Shown here piece after piece: positions 20,857 to 30,794 of a stretch of 64,000 nucleotides of DNA (within the stretch, counting starts at the first letter, position 1; each line of letters starts with the position of its first letter). Origin of the DNA: a virus. The notes beneath the pieces are model-generated. The model was not told where the DNA came from. It worked only from the letters and a program-made list of their open reading frames with translations, and searched no databases. Made by a program: the position numbers and the translations under genes. The stretch is from IMG/VR virus record IMGVR_UViG_3300042868_010462, positions 32,001-96,000 of that record; one strand, written 5' to 3'.

Positions 20857-22725
20857 TTATCTCAATTCTTGTAAGTCGAATGTTCTAACACCATCAACTG
20901 TAATTCTTCCATAGAACCTGTTGTTCACCATTTTTTTAGCGTATCTAGTCATGATACCTTTGATTGGTGTAAAGTTGAATGGATTATACATTGTTGGAGT
21001 CAATTGAAGTGGAACATACGGAGCATAGATGTAACCAGTATCAAGAAGTGACGTACCTTTGTGTCCAATTAACACTTGGTTAGGTGGGAAGTAAGGGTCA
21101 CGATATACTTGGTATCTACCTGCTAATGTACCTACTCTTTCAATACCCATATTGTATTGGTCTTGGTCAGGAGAAGCATTTGATACGTGGAAGTATTCCA
21201 AGTCATCAAAGATTGCAGAAACCTCAGAAGACACAACAATCCAGTTAGCACCACCTCTAAGAGTTGATTTGTGGATTTGAGCAGAAAGTTGGTTGATAGC
21301 AGTAATCAACGTTTGATTCCAATCTTTTTGAGTGTAAGAAGTAGTAGCACTAATTCTTCTCCATCCGTTGTAATCCCATCTTAGATTCCAAGCAGCACCT
21401 TTTCTAAGGTCACGTAGGATTTCTCTATCGATTTCAGCTGCAACTTGCTCAGAAAGAAGAGCAGTTAATTCAGCTTCAGCATCGATGTTGTGGAATGCAG
21501 CAACGTCTTGTGCTAATTCAGGAGACCATTGAGCTCTTAATTTTCTTTCAGTTACAGAAACAGTTACTGATTCAAGGTCGAAAGAAACTTCACCAATTTT
21601 GTCTTCAAATTCTAATTCTTCGTATCTTCTAAATACTGTTGTGAATGCAGTACCTGAAAGTGTACCAGTCAAAGTTGTACCTGTGTAACCATCTAAAGAG
21701 TCAGAACCACAATCAGCACATATTGGACAAGAAAGGTCTACCTCTAAGTAGATACAACCATCTTGACTACAAATGTCATTGTAAGTACCACCACCATTTG
21801 AAGGCCAAGTAGTTTTAGTATTAGTTGAAGTTGGAGAAACGATACCTTTACCATATTGTTGAGTTACAACACGGAATAATAATGAGTTTCTTGTACCAGC
21901 AGCATTGTAAATAACATTACAAGGAGTTGTTGCACTGAAAGGTGAAGATGCTTGAGCGGCTGTTGCATATACTCTTAAATCAGATAAGAATGCCTCAGTA
22001 TCAATTTCATTACCATCAGGTGCAATAAGTTTACCAACACCAGTGTCAGCAAATCCACACATTTTGATAATTACTTTTCTTACGTTAGTTGTTGCTGGAT
22101 ATTGAGATGTTGCATCAGTAAGTAATCCACTACTCCAAACTTGAACAGTAGCTGTTTGAGTAATAGCAGACCAACGACCTTTTGAATAATCAAATAAACC
22201 AGGAGGGTCTAAAGCAGCTTCATTACCTTCATAGAATAAATCATAAAGATTTTTTGCATAAGCACCAGTACTTGTACCATAACCAGCACTTGTATCACCA
22301 GGATAGTTACCAGGACTTCCTACAGGTGCGTAGTGTTGACCACTATCACCAGCATTGAAGTTACCTGAAGGGTAAGTAGCACCAGTGTAACCTTGGATTT
22401 TAGGTACGAAGTAGAACAATTTACCAATAGGTAAGTTCATAGCTTGTACAGATACGATATCGTTAGCTAACAATTTAGAGAAAACTCTTCTTACGATAGG
22501 AAATACAACAGTTTCGAAAGAACCTGAACTTCCATCAGAAGTTGCTTCATTGATTAAGAAAGAAGCTTGGTTTTCATATAACTGAGCTACGTTTTCTTTT
22601 AGGTGGCCTCTAAGACCTTCAAGGAATCCTAATTTATCCCATTTGTTGATAGTATCTTCTTTGATAACTTTAAGGTGTTTCAAACCAATATTACCAACAA
22701 GACCCGATTCTAATAATGCTCCCAT
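20857..22725 (-). CDS. gp23: major capsid protein, T4 gp23-like, with large insertion
   Basis: PIVRRVF..L.A.DIVSVQAM..P.G; RKLRAQWSPELAQD..AFH.IDAEAEL; YAPYVPL; GIMTRY. Confidence 0.97.
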   Translation of the reverse strand: MGALLESGLVGNIGLKHLKVIKEDTINKWDKLGFLEGLRGHLKENVAQLYENQASFLINEATSDGSSGSFETVVFPIVRRVFSKLLANDIVSVQAMNLPIGKLFYFVPKIQGYTGATYPSGNFNAGDSGQHYAPVGSPGNYPGDTSAGYGTSTGAYAKNLYDLFYEGNEAALDPPGLFDYSKGRWSAITQTATVQVWSSGLLTDATSQYPATTNVRKVIIKMCGFADTGVGKLIAPDGNEIDTEAFLSDLRVYATAAQASSPFSATTPCNVIYNAAGTRNSLLFRVVTQQYGKGIVSPTSTNTKTTWPSNGGGTYNDICSQDGCIYLEVDLSCPICADCGSDSLDGYTGTTLTGTLSGTAFTTVFRRYEELEFEDKIGEVSFDLESVTVSVTERKLRAQWSPELAQDVAAFHNIDAEAELTALLSEQVAAEIDREILRDLRKGAAWNLRWDYNGWRRISATTSYTQKDWNQTLITAINQLSAQIHKSTLRGGANWIVVSSEVSAIFDDLEYFHVSNASPDQDQYNMGIERVGTLAGRYQVYRDPYFPPNQVLIGHKGTSLLDTGYIYAPYVPLQLTPTMYNPFNFTPIKGIMTRYAKKMVNNRFYGRITVDGVRTFDLQELR

Positions 22726-22761
22726 TTTCTATTTTTTTTAGTTTAGTTTGCAGTTTATTGT

Positions 22762-24312
22762 TTATTTTAATTTTGACATTAAATCTTTCATTCTAAGGAA
22801 TTGAGGATTTTCGTAAGTTTTTGACTCAATCAAGTTAATTGATGAACCATTTGAAGGACTTTTTTGAATTGTTCTTTCGATTGATTCATTAACTTGTTTT
22901 CCTGTAGAAGGAGTTAATTCGTCTTTAATAATTTTGTAAAGATTTTTTGATTCTTTAAGAGTTTCTACACCATCAAATCTTTTCAGAATGTTAATTTTTT
23001 CTTGTTTTGAAGTTGAATGTTCTGTAAACAATCTTGTCGCATAAGCTAAGTTTGAATTAAATATTGCAACTTCATTTAATTTATTTCTGAAAACGTTTAA
23101 TGCTTTTCTGTATTCCTCATTTTTTTCTCTAAGTAAATTTACTTCTTGAGATTCGATAGATTCTTTTCTGATATGACGTGGTGCTGCTTTTGGTTTTGGA
23201 AGACCTTCTCTACCCCAATATTTACCATTACCTAGTGTTCTTGAAGCTTCTTTAGTTTCCCTTTTTTCAAAATCTGAACCTTTGTGAGTTTTTGATTTCA
23301 TACCTTTTTTTCCGGTATAATCTTCTTCACCTTTGTGAGTTTTTGATTTATCGCCTTTGTTCATACCATATTTACCCTCCTTAAATTCACCTTGTAAACT
23401 TGGTGATTTTTTGTCGAATTCATACTTCGGTCCTTTACCAGTATATGGTGCTTCATCACCCTTTTTCATTTTCTTTGTTGGGAAGTCCATAACCTTTCCA
23501 TAGTTAAATTTAGGTCCGTGTCCAATACCAACTCCTTTCGGTTTTCTGGCTTTCTTTGCTTCCATTAAATCATCCATTTCCTCGTCCATAGAATCATCCA
23601 TTTCCTCGTCCATTTCGATTTCATAGATTGGTTCATCCATTTCCATCATATCCATGTCATCCATTTCCATCATATCCATGTCATCCATTTCCATCATATC
23701 TATGTCATCCATTTCCATCATATCCATGTCATCCATTTCTTCGTCAGTTTCCATTTCGAGTTCATAGATTGGTTCATCCATTTCATACATTTCTTCATCC
23801 ATATCTAACCCTTCACGTACAATGTAATACTCTTTATTAGTCTCATCATCAGATAGTTCAATGTTACCTTCACCATCTTCAACCACCGATATTTTGTCAG
23901 TATCTTTCATTCTTGAAAATACTTTCATTACGTTTTCGATTGGTTCATTTGTTAAATCAATTGTAACATCTTCATCATCTTCCATTTCTTCATCGTCTTC
24001 AAATTCCATGTCTTCATCATCCATTTCGTCTTCCATGTCTTCATCATCCATTTCGTCTTCATCGTCCATTTCGTCTTCCATGTCTTCATCATCCATTTCG
24101 TCATCGAATTCAACATCAGCAATGTCAGATTCTTCTTCTTCTGAATCAACCTCTTCTTCGTCTTCTTGTTCGTTAAGAGATTCTTTTACTAATTCCTTGA
24201 TTTCTTGTCTCATTACTGAACCAAGTATTCCTTTTGCATTCTCAGCAACCGCTTCTTCCAAATTTTTCATTTGAATGATTGCCTCTTCTAAAATGTTTTT
24301 TTCTTCAGCCAT
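22762..24312 (-). CDS. prohead core/scaffold protein (gp22-like)
   Basis: Immediately upstream of the MCP gene; very acidic low-complexity centre, coiled-coil C-terminus. Confidence 0.75.
   Translation of the reverse strand: MAEEKNILEEAIIQMKNLEEAVAENAKGILGSVMRQEIKELVKESLNEQEDEEEVDSEEEESDIADVEFDDEMDDEDMEDEMDDEDEMDDEDMEDEMDDEDMEFEDDEEMEDDEDVTIDLTNEPIENVMKVFSRMKDTDKISVVEDGEGNIELSDDETNKEYYIVREGLDMDEEMYEMDEPIYELEMETDEEMDDMDMMEMDDIDMMEMDDMDMMEMDDMDMMEMDEPIYEIEMDEEMDDSMDEEMDDLMEAKKARKPKGVGIGHGPKFNYGKVMDFPTKKMKKGDEAPYTGKGPKYEFDKKSPSLQGEFKEGKYGMNKGDKSKTHKGEEDYTGKKGMKSKTHKGSDFEKRETKEASRTLGNGKYWGREGLPKPKAAPRHIRKESIESQEVNLLREKNEEYRKALNVFRNKLNEVAIFNSNLAYATRLFTEHSTSKQEKINILKRFDGVETLKESKNLYKIIKDELTPSTGKQVNESIERTIQKSPSNGSSINLIESKTYENPQFLRMKDLMSKLK
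23633..23739 (-). repeat. 24-nt coding tandem repeat (MDMMEMDD x4+) in the scaffold gene
   Basis: Unit tcatccatttccatcatatccatg. Confidence 0.9.
24004..24102 (-). repeat. 27-nt coding repeat (DEMDDEDME) in the scaffold gene
   Basis: Unit ttccatgtcttcatcatccatttcgtc, three copies. Confidence 0.85.
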
Positions 24313-24429
24313 TTTTGGTTTTTTGTATTTTTATTCTATAAATATGTTAATACTTTAAAAAAACTTTTGTAGAGTTATAAACAAACCCAAAAAAGTTTAT
24401 TTATAAATATCCCCAAAATCTATAAAATG

Positions 24430-24457
24430 AAAAAAGGAGGAACAAAGTCCTCCTTTA
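24430..24457. terminator. intrinsic terminator
   Basis: aaaggagga / tcctccttt hairpin. Confidence 0.7.
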
Positions 24458-24478
24458 TTTTTTAATTAGATAAAAAAA

Positions 24479-24694
24479 TTATTCAATTACTTCATCTATT
24501 TTACTCTCGACTATTGCGGTAATACGCCAATCTTGTGTATAGTGCTCATAGATTTTAGTTACTTTTGCTTCAACATCTGTGGGATTGTAACCAAGAACTA
24601 ATTTTTCTAATTTTATTTTTTTTACTTTACCTGATTCTTCATCAACTAAATCCTCGGCAATTTTTGCTACAAAATACTTTTGTCCATCTTCCAT
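24479..24694 (-). CDS. small hypothetical protein (DUF4494-like)
   Basis: YF.AKI...E.GK.KK..E..LV...TD.EAK...I..I.ESKI.EV pattern. Confidence 0.55.
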   Translation of the reverse strand: MEDGQKYFVAKIAEDLVDEESGKVKKIKLEKLVLGYNPTDVEAKVTKIYEHYTQDWRITAIVESKIDEVIE

Positions 24695-24718
24695 ATCTTA
24701 ATGATTTTTTTAATTTAA

Positions 24719-25441
24719 CTAATACCCAAGTTTAGCCAATTTTTTCATTAAATCAAGAGTAGCGTTACCTTTTTCACCAACATTTCTTTCTATAGCCATT
24801 TTTTTATCTTCGTCTAAGTTTTCAGCGTACATATCTCTATCCTCTTTATTTATAAAAAGGTAAGCCCCTGGTGTTGATGGTGAAGATACTAAGTCAAAAC
24901 AAATTAACTCGAAGTCATCTTGTACTTCATTCTGTTCCCCAACCTTTTTAAGTGAACCAACACCACGAGATGAAATACCTAACGTAACTCCTTGTCTGAG
25001 ATAATTCGCAGCCATATCTCCTTTTGTTGAAACTATTCCCCTCTCGTGAAAACCTGGTGAGGTTAGTAATTTTAGTTTACCCATCAATATAGGTCCTTCC
25101 CACCATACTTCAGTAATAATATGAGAAACTCTATCTAAATCTATCAAGGAGGACTCAGGGTGATTTAACTCAGACAATGAAGTACCTTTAGCAATCATTT
25201 TTTTGTAGTTTTCTGCTTCTCTTTTTAAGATTCTTTCAGGATAAACTCTTCCATTACGATTTGGGGTGTTATATTTTTGTAATACAGCATAAAATTCGAA
25301 TGGTTTGGAGTGGTCTAAAAAGTTTTTAGATTCTTTTATTATTTTGGCATTTTCATCCATTGAAGGAGAAACATAACCTGCATCATATTCGATTAATATA
25401 CCTTTACCCACGTGTCCTGGTTTGATTACTTCTAAGTTCAT
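24719..25441 (-). CDS. gp21: prohead protease, T4 gp21-like
   Basis: NRNGRVYP, ELNHP, RVSH, GISSRGVGS, FDLVSSPSTPGAY. Confidence 0.95.
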   Translation of the reverse strand: MNLEVIKPGHVGKGILIEYDAGYVSPSMDENAKIIKESKNFLDHSKPFEFYAVLQKYNTPNRNGRVYPERILKREAENYKKMIAKGTSLSELNHPESSLIDLDRVSHIITEVWWEGPILMGKLKLLTSPGFHERGIVSTKGDMAANYLRQGVTLGISSRGVGSLKKVGEQNEVQDDFELICFDLVSSPSTPGAYLFINKEDRDMYAENLDEDKKMAIERNVGEKGNATLDLMKKLAKLGY

Positions 25442-25480
25442 ATTTGAATTTTACTATATAAATATAAATCAAATATAGTT

Positions 25481-25936
25481 TTATATTTCTGAAGAGTTAT
25501 TTTTATCCTTTTTGGTTAAGGTAAATGAAAAATATTTGTTATTGTGAAAGTTTTCTCTGAAAACGTCTTTTGTGATGTTTTTCAAACAATCCTTTATTTC
25601 AGAAGATTTGAAATCTAAGTAAGGTTGTTTTGTAAAAAAGTTTATTTCTAAGTTGAGAAAAGATTTTTTATTTAAGTTTATACCACTCGACCTTAAATCT
25701 AAGTCCACAATAAAATTTTCGTTGAATAATTCTTTGTTTATATTGTGATAAATTGTATGTTTGATACTTCTACTTAGATTCAAAACAACTCTATTCCAAT
25801 TCTCTACGTCTTCTTTTGGTTCTACCCATGTTTGTATGTTTAGGTAAATGGAGTTCAATTCAAACGAATCTACAGTACCATAAACAACTTTTGCAATTTT
25901 AAAACCTTGTATTTTTGAGGTTTTCCCTTTTTTCAT
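25481..25936 (-). CDS. conserved hypothetical protein
   Basis: 151 aa ORF in the head module. Confidence 0.7.
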   Translation of the reverse strand: MKKGKTSKIQGFKIAKVVYGTVDSFELNSIYLNIQTWVEPKEDVENWNRVVLNLSRSIKHTIYHNINKELFNENFIVDLDLRSSGINLNKKSFLNLEINFFTKQPYLDFKSSEIKDCLKNITKDVFRENFHNNKYFSFTLTKKDKNNSSEI

Positions 25937-26030
25937 TAATTTGTAACATTTTCAGTTTATTTTTTCATAAAAATAGGGGATATTTACTTAATAGTCAAAA
26001 ATAAATTGTTTTAACAAATATTTGTATCAT

Positions 26031-26222
26031 ATGCTAATAATCAAAGTCGATAATAAAACACCAATAGAAAAGGCCTTGAAACTTTTTAAAAGTAAAGTTA
26101 TCAAGACCAAATTGATGACTGAGTTAAAAAACAGAAAGGAATTTGTTAAAAATTCAGTCAAAAGAAGAACTGAATTGAACAAAGCAAAATATGTTCAAAA
26201 AATCAAAAATAAAATAGATTAG
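26031..26222 (+). CDS. rpsU: phage-encoded ribosomal protein bS21
   Basis: MLIIKV...IEKALK.FK.K...L..ELK.R.EF.K.SVKRR...KA; antisense to the head genes. Confidence 0.9.
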   Translation: MLIIKVDNKTPIEKALKLFKSKVIKTKLMTELKNRKEFVKNSVKRRTELNKAKYVQKIKNKID

Positions 26223-26935
26223 ATACTATTATCCAATTCCTCCAATCTAAATAAATTCAATTTATCAAACTTTTCATTTGTAATCTTCGAAATTGTTTCA
26301 TCAATTTTGGTGACTACTTCTTCTTCTGAATTTTGTTTGATGTTACTTAGTTTATTTAAAACACTTTCTTTAACTACTTTGTACTTAGATTCCATTTCAG
26401 TAACATCTGAAGAAAGAAATCTCAACAACTTACCCTTAGTGTTTTCGTCTAATTGTTGTACGTAGTTTTTGATTGTTTTATTTGCTATATTAACCATTGT
26501 TGATATTGGTAAATTAATTGATTCTTTTTCTTTTTTAACCTTTCTTTTAAGGGATTCTGTTATTTTCTTTCTACTATTAATTTTTTGTTCAATAGTTAGA
26601 ACACTATCAGAAAACAAATTGTCAATGTCAGTATATTCGTTTTCAACATCAACACCCTCAACCCATAGTTCAAGTTTCCTCAATTTCTTTGGGTTAATTT
26701 TGCTCACAATATTTTTGTATTGGTTAATAGTTTCATTAACATAGTCGTTAACAATCGTACTATCTATGTTTGATTTATTTTTTAATTCATCATAAATCCA
26801 AAATAATTTAGTAAGATTTTTATTTTCTAAAATTGTATTTTGAAAATTTTTAAGTTCAGATTTAAATTCATTTTTATTGGAAAATGATTCCAACAAAATC
26901 TTATCAATTTTCGATTTAATTATACCAAATTTCAT
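26219..26935 (-). CDS. conserved hypothetical head-module protein
   Basis: 238 aa ORF directly downstream of the portal gene. Confidence 0.75.
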   Translation of the reverse strand: MKFGIIKSKIDKILLESFSNKNEFKSELKNFQNTILENKNLTKLFWIYDELKNKSNIDSTIVNDYVNETINQYKNIVSKINPKKLRKLELWVEGVDVENEYTDIDNLFSDSVLTIEQKINSRKKITESLKRKVKKEKESINLPISTMVNIANKTIKNYVQQLDENTKGKLLRFLSSDVTEMESKYKVVKESVLNKLSNIKQNSEEEVVTKIDETISKITNEKFDKLNLFRLEELDNSI

Positions 26936-26956
26936 AATTTTTTTTATTAATAAATA

Positions 26957-28744
26957 TTAATCTTTTAGGAGTTTACTTAGTTGACTCTCCATTTCCCCCA
27001 AATAATTTTTGGCTTTGGACAAATCAATAAAACTCATTTCCTCAAATATCCCTTCGTTTTCCAACAATATGTTTAAATTATCTCTATTGTTAAATGTTTC
27101 ACCCATACCTTCAGGACCACCTGCTGGTGGTGGAGTTCCCCCTTCAGCTCCTCCTGGAGGTGGTGGTGCCCCACCTGATGTTGTACCTGTTGTTTGAGTA
27201 TATAATTTATCAACATTATCAAACACACCAGTATTTGTTATAATTGTTGCGGTATTTGTAAGCTCAGCACCTACAGCTTTTTCAATTCTCTGTTGTTGTA
27301 AATCAAGTTTGATTTCCTCATCAGAGAATCCCATAACGTGTTTCTTAGCCCATGAAACAGAAGTTGGTGCAATACCCTCAATTGATGTAACACATTCCTT
27401 ATATAATGCGACCTTCTCTTTCCATATGTCAATTTTTAATAAATCTGCTTGACTCGATGGGTTTGTTAAACTTAAAGTAAAATTGGATAATTCATCTTCA
27501 AAACCTAAAAGGAATAAATGTACAATCGCAATCTTATTTAACTCAGCAACCATAGATTTTTGGATTCTGTTAATTGTTCTTGCAAAACGAATATCAATTA
27601 ATGATAAATTTTTACCATCACCAACTGGTTCTTCAAAACCTAAAAACGCTTTAGGTACACGTAAAGCAGTAAGTAGTTTCTTTTGGATGTATTCAATATC
27701 AGCAATCTCACCTAAGTTTTGACCACCAGGTAATGTATCAATCGGACTTGCCGCAGCGGCATCACGTACAGGAATGAAATAATCTTGGTCAACAGCCATT
27801 TGATTAAATCTCATATCCACATTACCTGTTTGAGAATCAACAACCTGACTTCTTTTGAACTTGTTTGCAACACGTTGTACATATGGTTCAACATCTTTAT
27901 CATCCATATTACCAACGAATACTTTAAACACCCTTCTCTCAGGTGCACGTGATGTTCTATAAATTAACATCGCATCTTCAGATAACAATAGTTGTTTCCA
28001 AATACGCCTTGCCTTTTCTAACATTGAAGTACCATATGGTAACTTTCTATCATCACCTAATAATCTAAAGTGTGCAATTTCCCAAGAGTTGAATTCCATA
28101 TCCTTGGCTTTCCACTTGAATCTAAGACCTTTGTTTTCGGCTGGTTCTTCAACATTTTGTCTACTTGCTTGCGCTGGCATACCTCTTTCCAAACGTTCAA
28201 TTTCGATATTTGGTAATTGCATACAACCAACAACTCCTTTTTCAGGGTCAAGTTTAAGATAGACAAAGTTATCACCATACTTACAAGTATTTCTAGTCCA
28301 CATTGGTAGATTTGTATTTAAATCTAAAACATTCAAAAATAAATCTATTAAAATACCCTTGATACGTTTTGATTCTGAGTATATTTGTAACATATACCCA
28401 TTCTGGTCAACCGTAGTAGATTCCTCACCATAAATGTCTAACGCAGCAGATATTTCGGGTGTATATTCCATAGATTCATAATCATAAAACGAAGCCAATC
28501 TAGTTGGTTCGTAATATACAGCCTGAGTGTATAAGTTACTTTCAATCTTAGTCCATTGATTTGCTAAGTAGTAAGTTTGTTGTGCTTGGAGTAATTCCTT
28601 ATCAAATTCTTGTTTTGATTTAGTTTTTAATAACTCCTTTCTATCGAAACTATAAGTTGGGTAATCTTGATTAAGTAAAGCATTAGGACCGAATGCTTGT
28701 GTTAATCTTTGCCAAACTGTTAAATTATTTTGATTATTTTCCAT
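26957..28744 (-). CDS. gp20: portal protein, T4 gp20-like
   Basis: PEISAALDI, EDAMLIYRTSRAPERRVF, DYFIP, IDTLPGGQNL, AL.VP. Confidence 0.95.
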   Translation of the reverse strand: MENNQNNLTVWQRLTQAFGPNALLNQDYPTYSFDRKELLKTKSKQEFDKELLQAQQTYYLANQWTKIESNLYTQAVYYEPTRLASFYDYESMEYTPEISAALDIYGEESTTVDQNGYMLQIYSESKRIKGILIDLFLNVLDLNTNLPMWTRNTCKYGDNFVYLKLDPEKGVVGCMQLPNIEIERLERGMPAQASRQNVEEPAENKGLRFKWKAKDMEFNSWEIAHFRLLGDDRKLPYGTSMLEKARRIWKQLLLSEDAMLIYRTSRAPERRVFKVFVGNMDDKDVEPYVQRVANKFKRSQVVDSQTGNVDMRFNQMAVDQDYFIPVRDAAAASPIDTLPGGQNLGEIADIEYIQKKLLTALRVPKAFLGFEEPVGDGKNLSLIDIRFARTINRIQKSMVAELNKIAIVHLFLLGFEDELSNFTLSLTNPSSQADLLKIDIWKEKVALYKECVTSIEGIAPTSVSWAKKHVMGFSDEEIKLDLQQQRIEKAVGAELTNTATIITNTGVFDNVDKLYTQTTGTTSGGAPPPPGGAEGGTPPPAGGPEGMGETFNNRDNLNILLENEGIFEEMSFIDLSKAKNYLGEMESQLSKLLKD

Positions 28745-28787
28745 AAAGAAATTTTAAATATATTTCTATTGTTTTAAATAGTTCTAC

Positions 28788-28952
28788 CTAATTTGATGTA
28801 TTATTATTAGTTGTACTATTTGTATTATTGTTTTTGAATGGGACTTTATCAGGAGGACTAATTTTTGTAGTAGATATACCCTGACCTGGGACATTCAATT
28901 TTGACCCATTGAATTTCTTATCTCCACTTTTTTTTCTGTTTACAAATCCCAT
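28788..28952 (-). CDS. 54-aa basic protein between terminase and portal (below ORF-track cutoff)
   Basis: MGFVNRKKSGDKKFNGSKLNVPGQG...; TATTTATA 11 nt upstream. Confidence 0.6.
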   Translation of the reverse strand: MGFVNRKKSGDKKFNGSKLNVPGQGISTTKISPPDKVPFKNNNTNSTTNNNTSN

Positions 28953-28971
28953 AATCTTTTTTTTATAAATA

Positions 28972-30735
28972 TTATCTACCTCCGAATAACCAAGAGTATT
29001 TCATATAGTCCTCCTTACTTGCGTTTTGATTTCTTTGATTAATTCTCTCAGTTCCAAAAGGTATCACAGGATTGAAATCAATCTGTTTAGCCGCAGTTTC
29101 ATTGTTAGTAACAGACCAAGATTCTAACATAGCTTTAGTTTGTTCGGTCACCTTTTCTAAACTACTGAATGATGATTCCGCAACATAAGTTGCCATTGCA
29201 ATTGACATAATTAAATCATCGTGTTGACCCTTTTGATGGTCTGGTCTTCCATTTACATATACGAATGTATTCATTTCATTGAATAATCGTAAACTATAAA
29301 TTTTAAACTGATGTCTCATAGCTTCCTCAAATGATGCTATAATTTGTACACGTTTGTTGTTGAAATTTAAACCCGGTATCTTTTCTAAAGCCTTTGGGTC
29401 ATATTTCCACTTATTGGCTAAATCAATTCCATCAACATATAAATTTTTGTAACCCATTTCTTGAAGTTTTCTAGATGTTGAAACACCCATTCCTCCTGTT
29501 ATATCTATTACAATGAAACAATTATACATATTACCCCACTTATAACATATTTCTGCCATCGTATCAGGTGGAAGTTTACCCACATATTCCGCAACTTGTT
29601 CTCTTTCATCAAAGTCAATAATTTGAAATGAACTAAAGTCCTCACTATCCCCTCTACTCACATCCACACCCATCACATATTTGTGACCCATCACAGGTTC
29701 TTTCCAAATCCATAAAGAGTTACCAATCATTTTATTTTGGGGTTCTCTAATCATATTCTCTTTTACCCTTTGCATCAATAGTGAATCAAAAACGTTATCA
29801 CCTGAACCAAGGAAGTTACACTCTAACTCTTGTGATACTTTTCTTTTATCATATTTCAATTTTTTAACCATACCTTCAAACCAAGAAGAACAAGGTTTAT
29901 AACCTGAATCCATTATCAACTTGAGTTCCTCAAAATTTCTTTCTTCAAATGGTATAGTTTCCCAACTAATAATTTCATCTTTAGGATATTCTTCTTTGTT
30001 TAGAAGGTAGTGAATAGTATCTTGAGTTTTAACTAAAAATAAATCTTTTGTATATCTTGGGTCTCTGTACCAAAACATTTCAGATATTTTGAAATCATTC
30101 ATATTTCTATGTGCCTGATTATATATTTCATAGTAAATTGGGTCATAACCATTTGGTGTTGACACCACAATAACTTTACCACCAGTAGAAAGTGAGGCCA
30201 TACAAGCAGCCCAGAAGTCAGAATCTGCATCAATGAACGCAGCTTCATCAAATACAAGAATTGTTGGTGTGAAACCACGTAGGGCATCCTTAGAGGTAGC
30301 AACAGCTTTTACCTCACAACCATTATTTGTTTTATAGTGTTTTTGTGAATTTTTATCACTTGAAAAATCAATACCAACCCAAGATGGCCATTGTCCAATA
30401 AACATCCTGATTTTATTGGCCATTTCCATAGAAGTATCTAGTTTATTTGCGATAATCAAAATCTTTTCAGGTTTTGTTTTTTTAGCAAACGCTATTCTTT
30501 TAGATATCCATGCTGCCGTAACTGTTGATACTCCTGCTTGCCTGTACTTCAAAGCAATATTTTCATTGTATTCCTCGTAGTCATTTAATAATGATATTTG
30601 GTCAGGAAACAACTCCAGTGGGACATATTTTGAAACTGTGTTGTCATATGTTTCAAGGTATGTTCTTAATGCGTAAGGTGTATCTTTCATACATCTTACA
30701 TATTCTATCATTACTTGTTCTTTTGTTAAACTCAT
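28972..30735 (-). CDS. gp17: terminase large subunit, T4 gp17-like
   Basis: KYRQAGVST, LVFDEAAFI, STPNG, QELEC.F, GVDVSRG, HDDL. Confidence 0.96.
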   Translation of the reverse strand: MSLTKEQVMIEYVRCMKDTPYALRTYLETYDNTVSKYVPLELFPDQISLLNDYEEYNENIALKYRQAGVSTVTAAWISKRIAFAKKTKPEKILIIANKLDTSMEMANKIRMFIGQWPSWVGIDFSSDKNSQKHYKTNNGCEVKAVATSKDALRGFTPTILVFDEAAFIDADSDFWAACMASLSTGGKVIVVSTPNGYDPIYYEIYNQAHRNMNDFKISEMFWYRDPRYTKDLFLVKTQDTIHYLLNKEEYPKDEIISWETIPFEERNFEELKLIMDSGYKPCSSWFEGMVKKLKYDKRKVSQELECNFLGSGDNVFDSLLMQRVKENMIREPQNKMIGNSLWIWKEPVMGHKYVMGVDVSRGDSEDFSSFQIIDFDEREQVAEYVGKLPPDTMAEICYKWGNMYNCFIVIDITGGMGVSTSRKLQEMGYKNLYVDGIDLANKWKYDPKALEKIPGLNFNNKRVQIIASFEEAMRHQFKIYSLRLFNEMNTFVYVNGRPDHQKGQHDDLIMSIAMATYVAESSFSSLEKVTEQTKAMLESWSVTNNETAAKQIDFNPVIPFGTERINQRNQNASKEDYMKYSWLFGGR

Positions 30736-30757
30736 AAATTGTATTTTATATAAATAT

Positions 30758-30790
30758 AAAAACCCCCACTTAATTATAAATGGGGGTTTG
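30758..30790. terminator. intrinsic terminator
   Basis: aaaccccca / tgggggttt hairpin. Confidence 0.7.
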
Positions 30791-30794
30791 TAAG

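Noticed and set aside
23628-24274. Repeat-rich ORFs (HPFPSYPC repeats, poly-Ser, KWMMKT)
   Set aside because: Antisense or alternate-frame shadows of the scaffold repeats.
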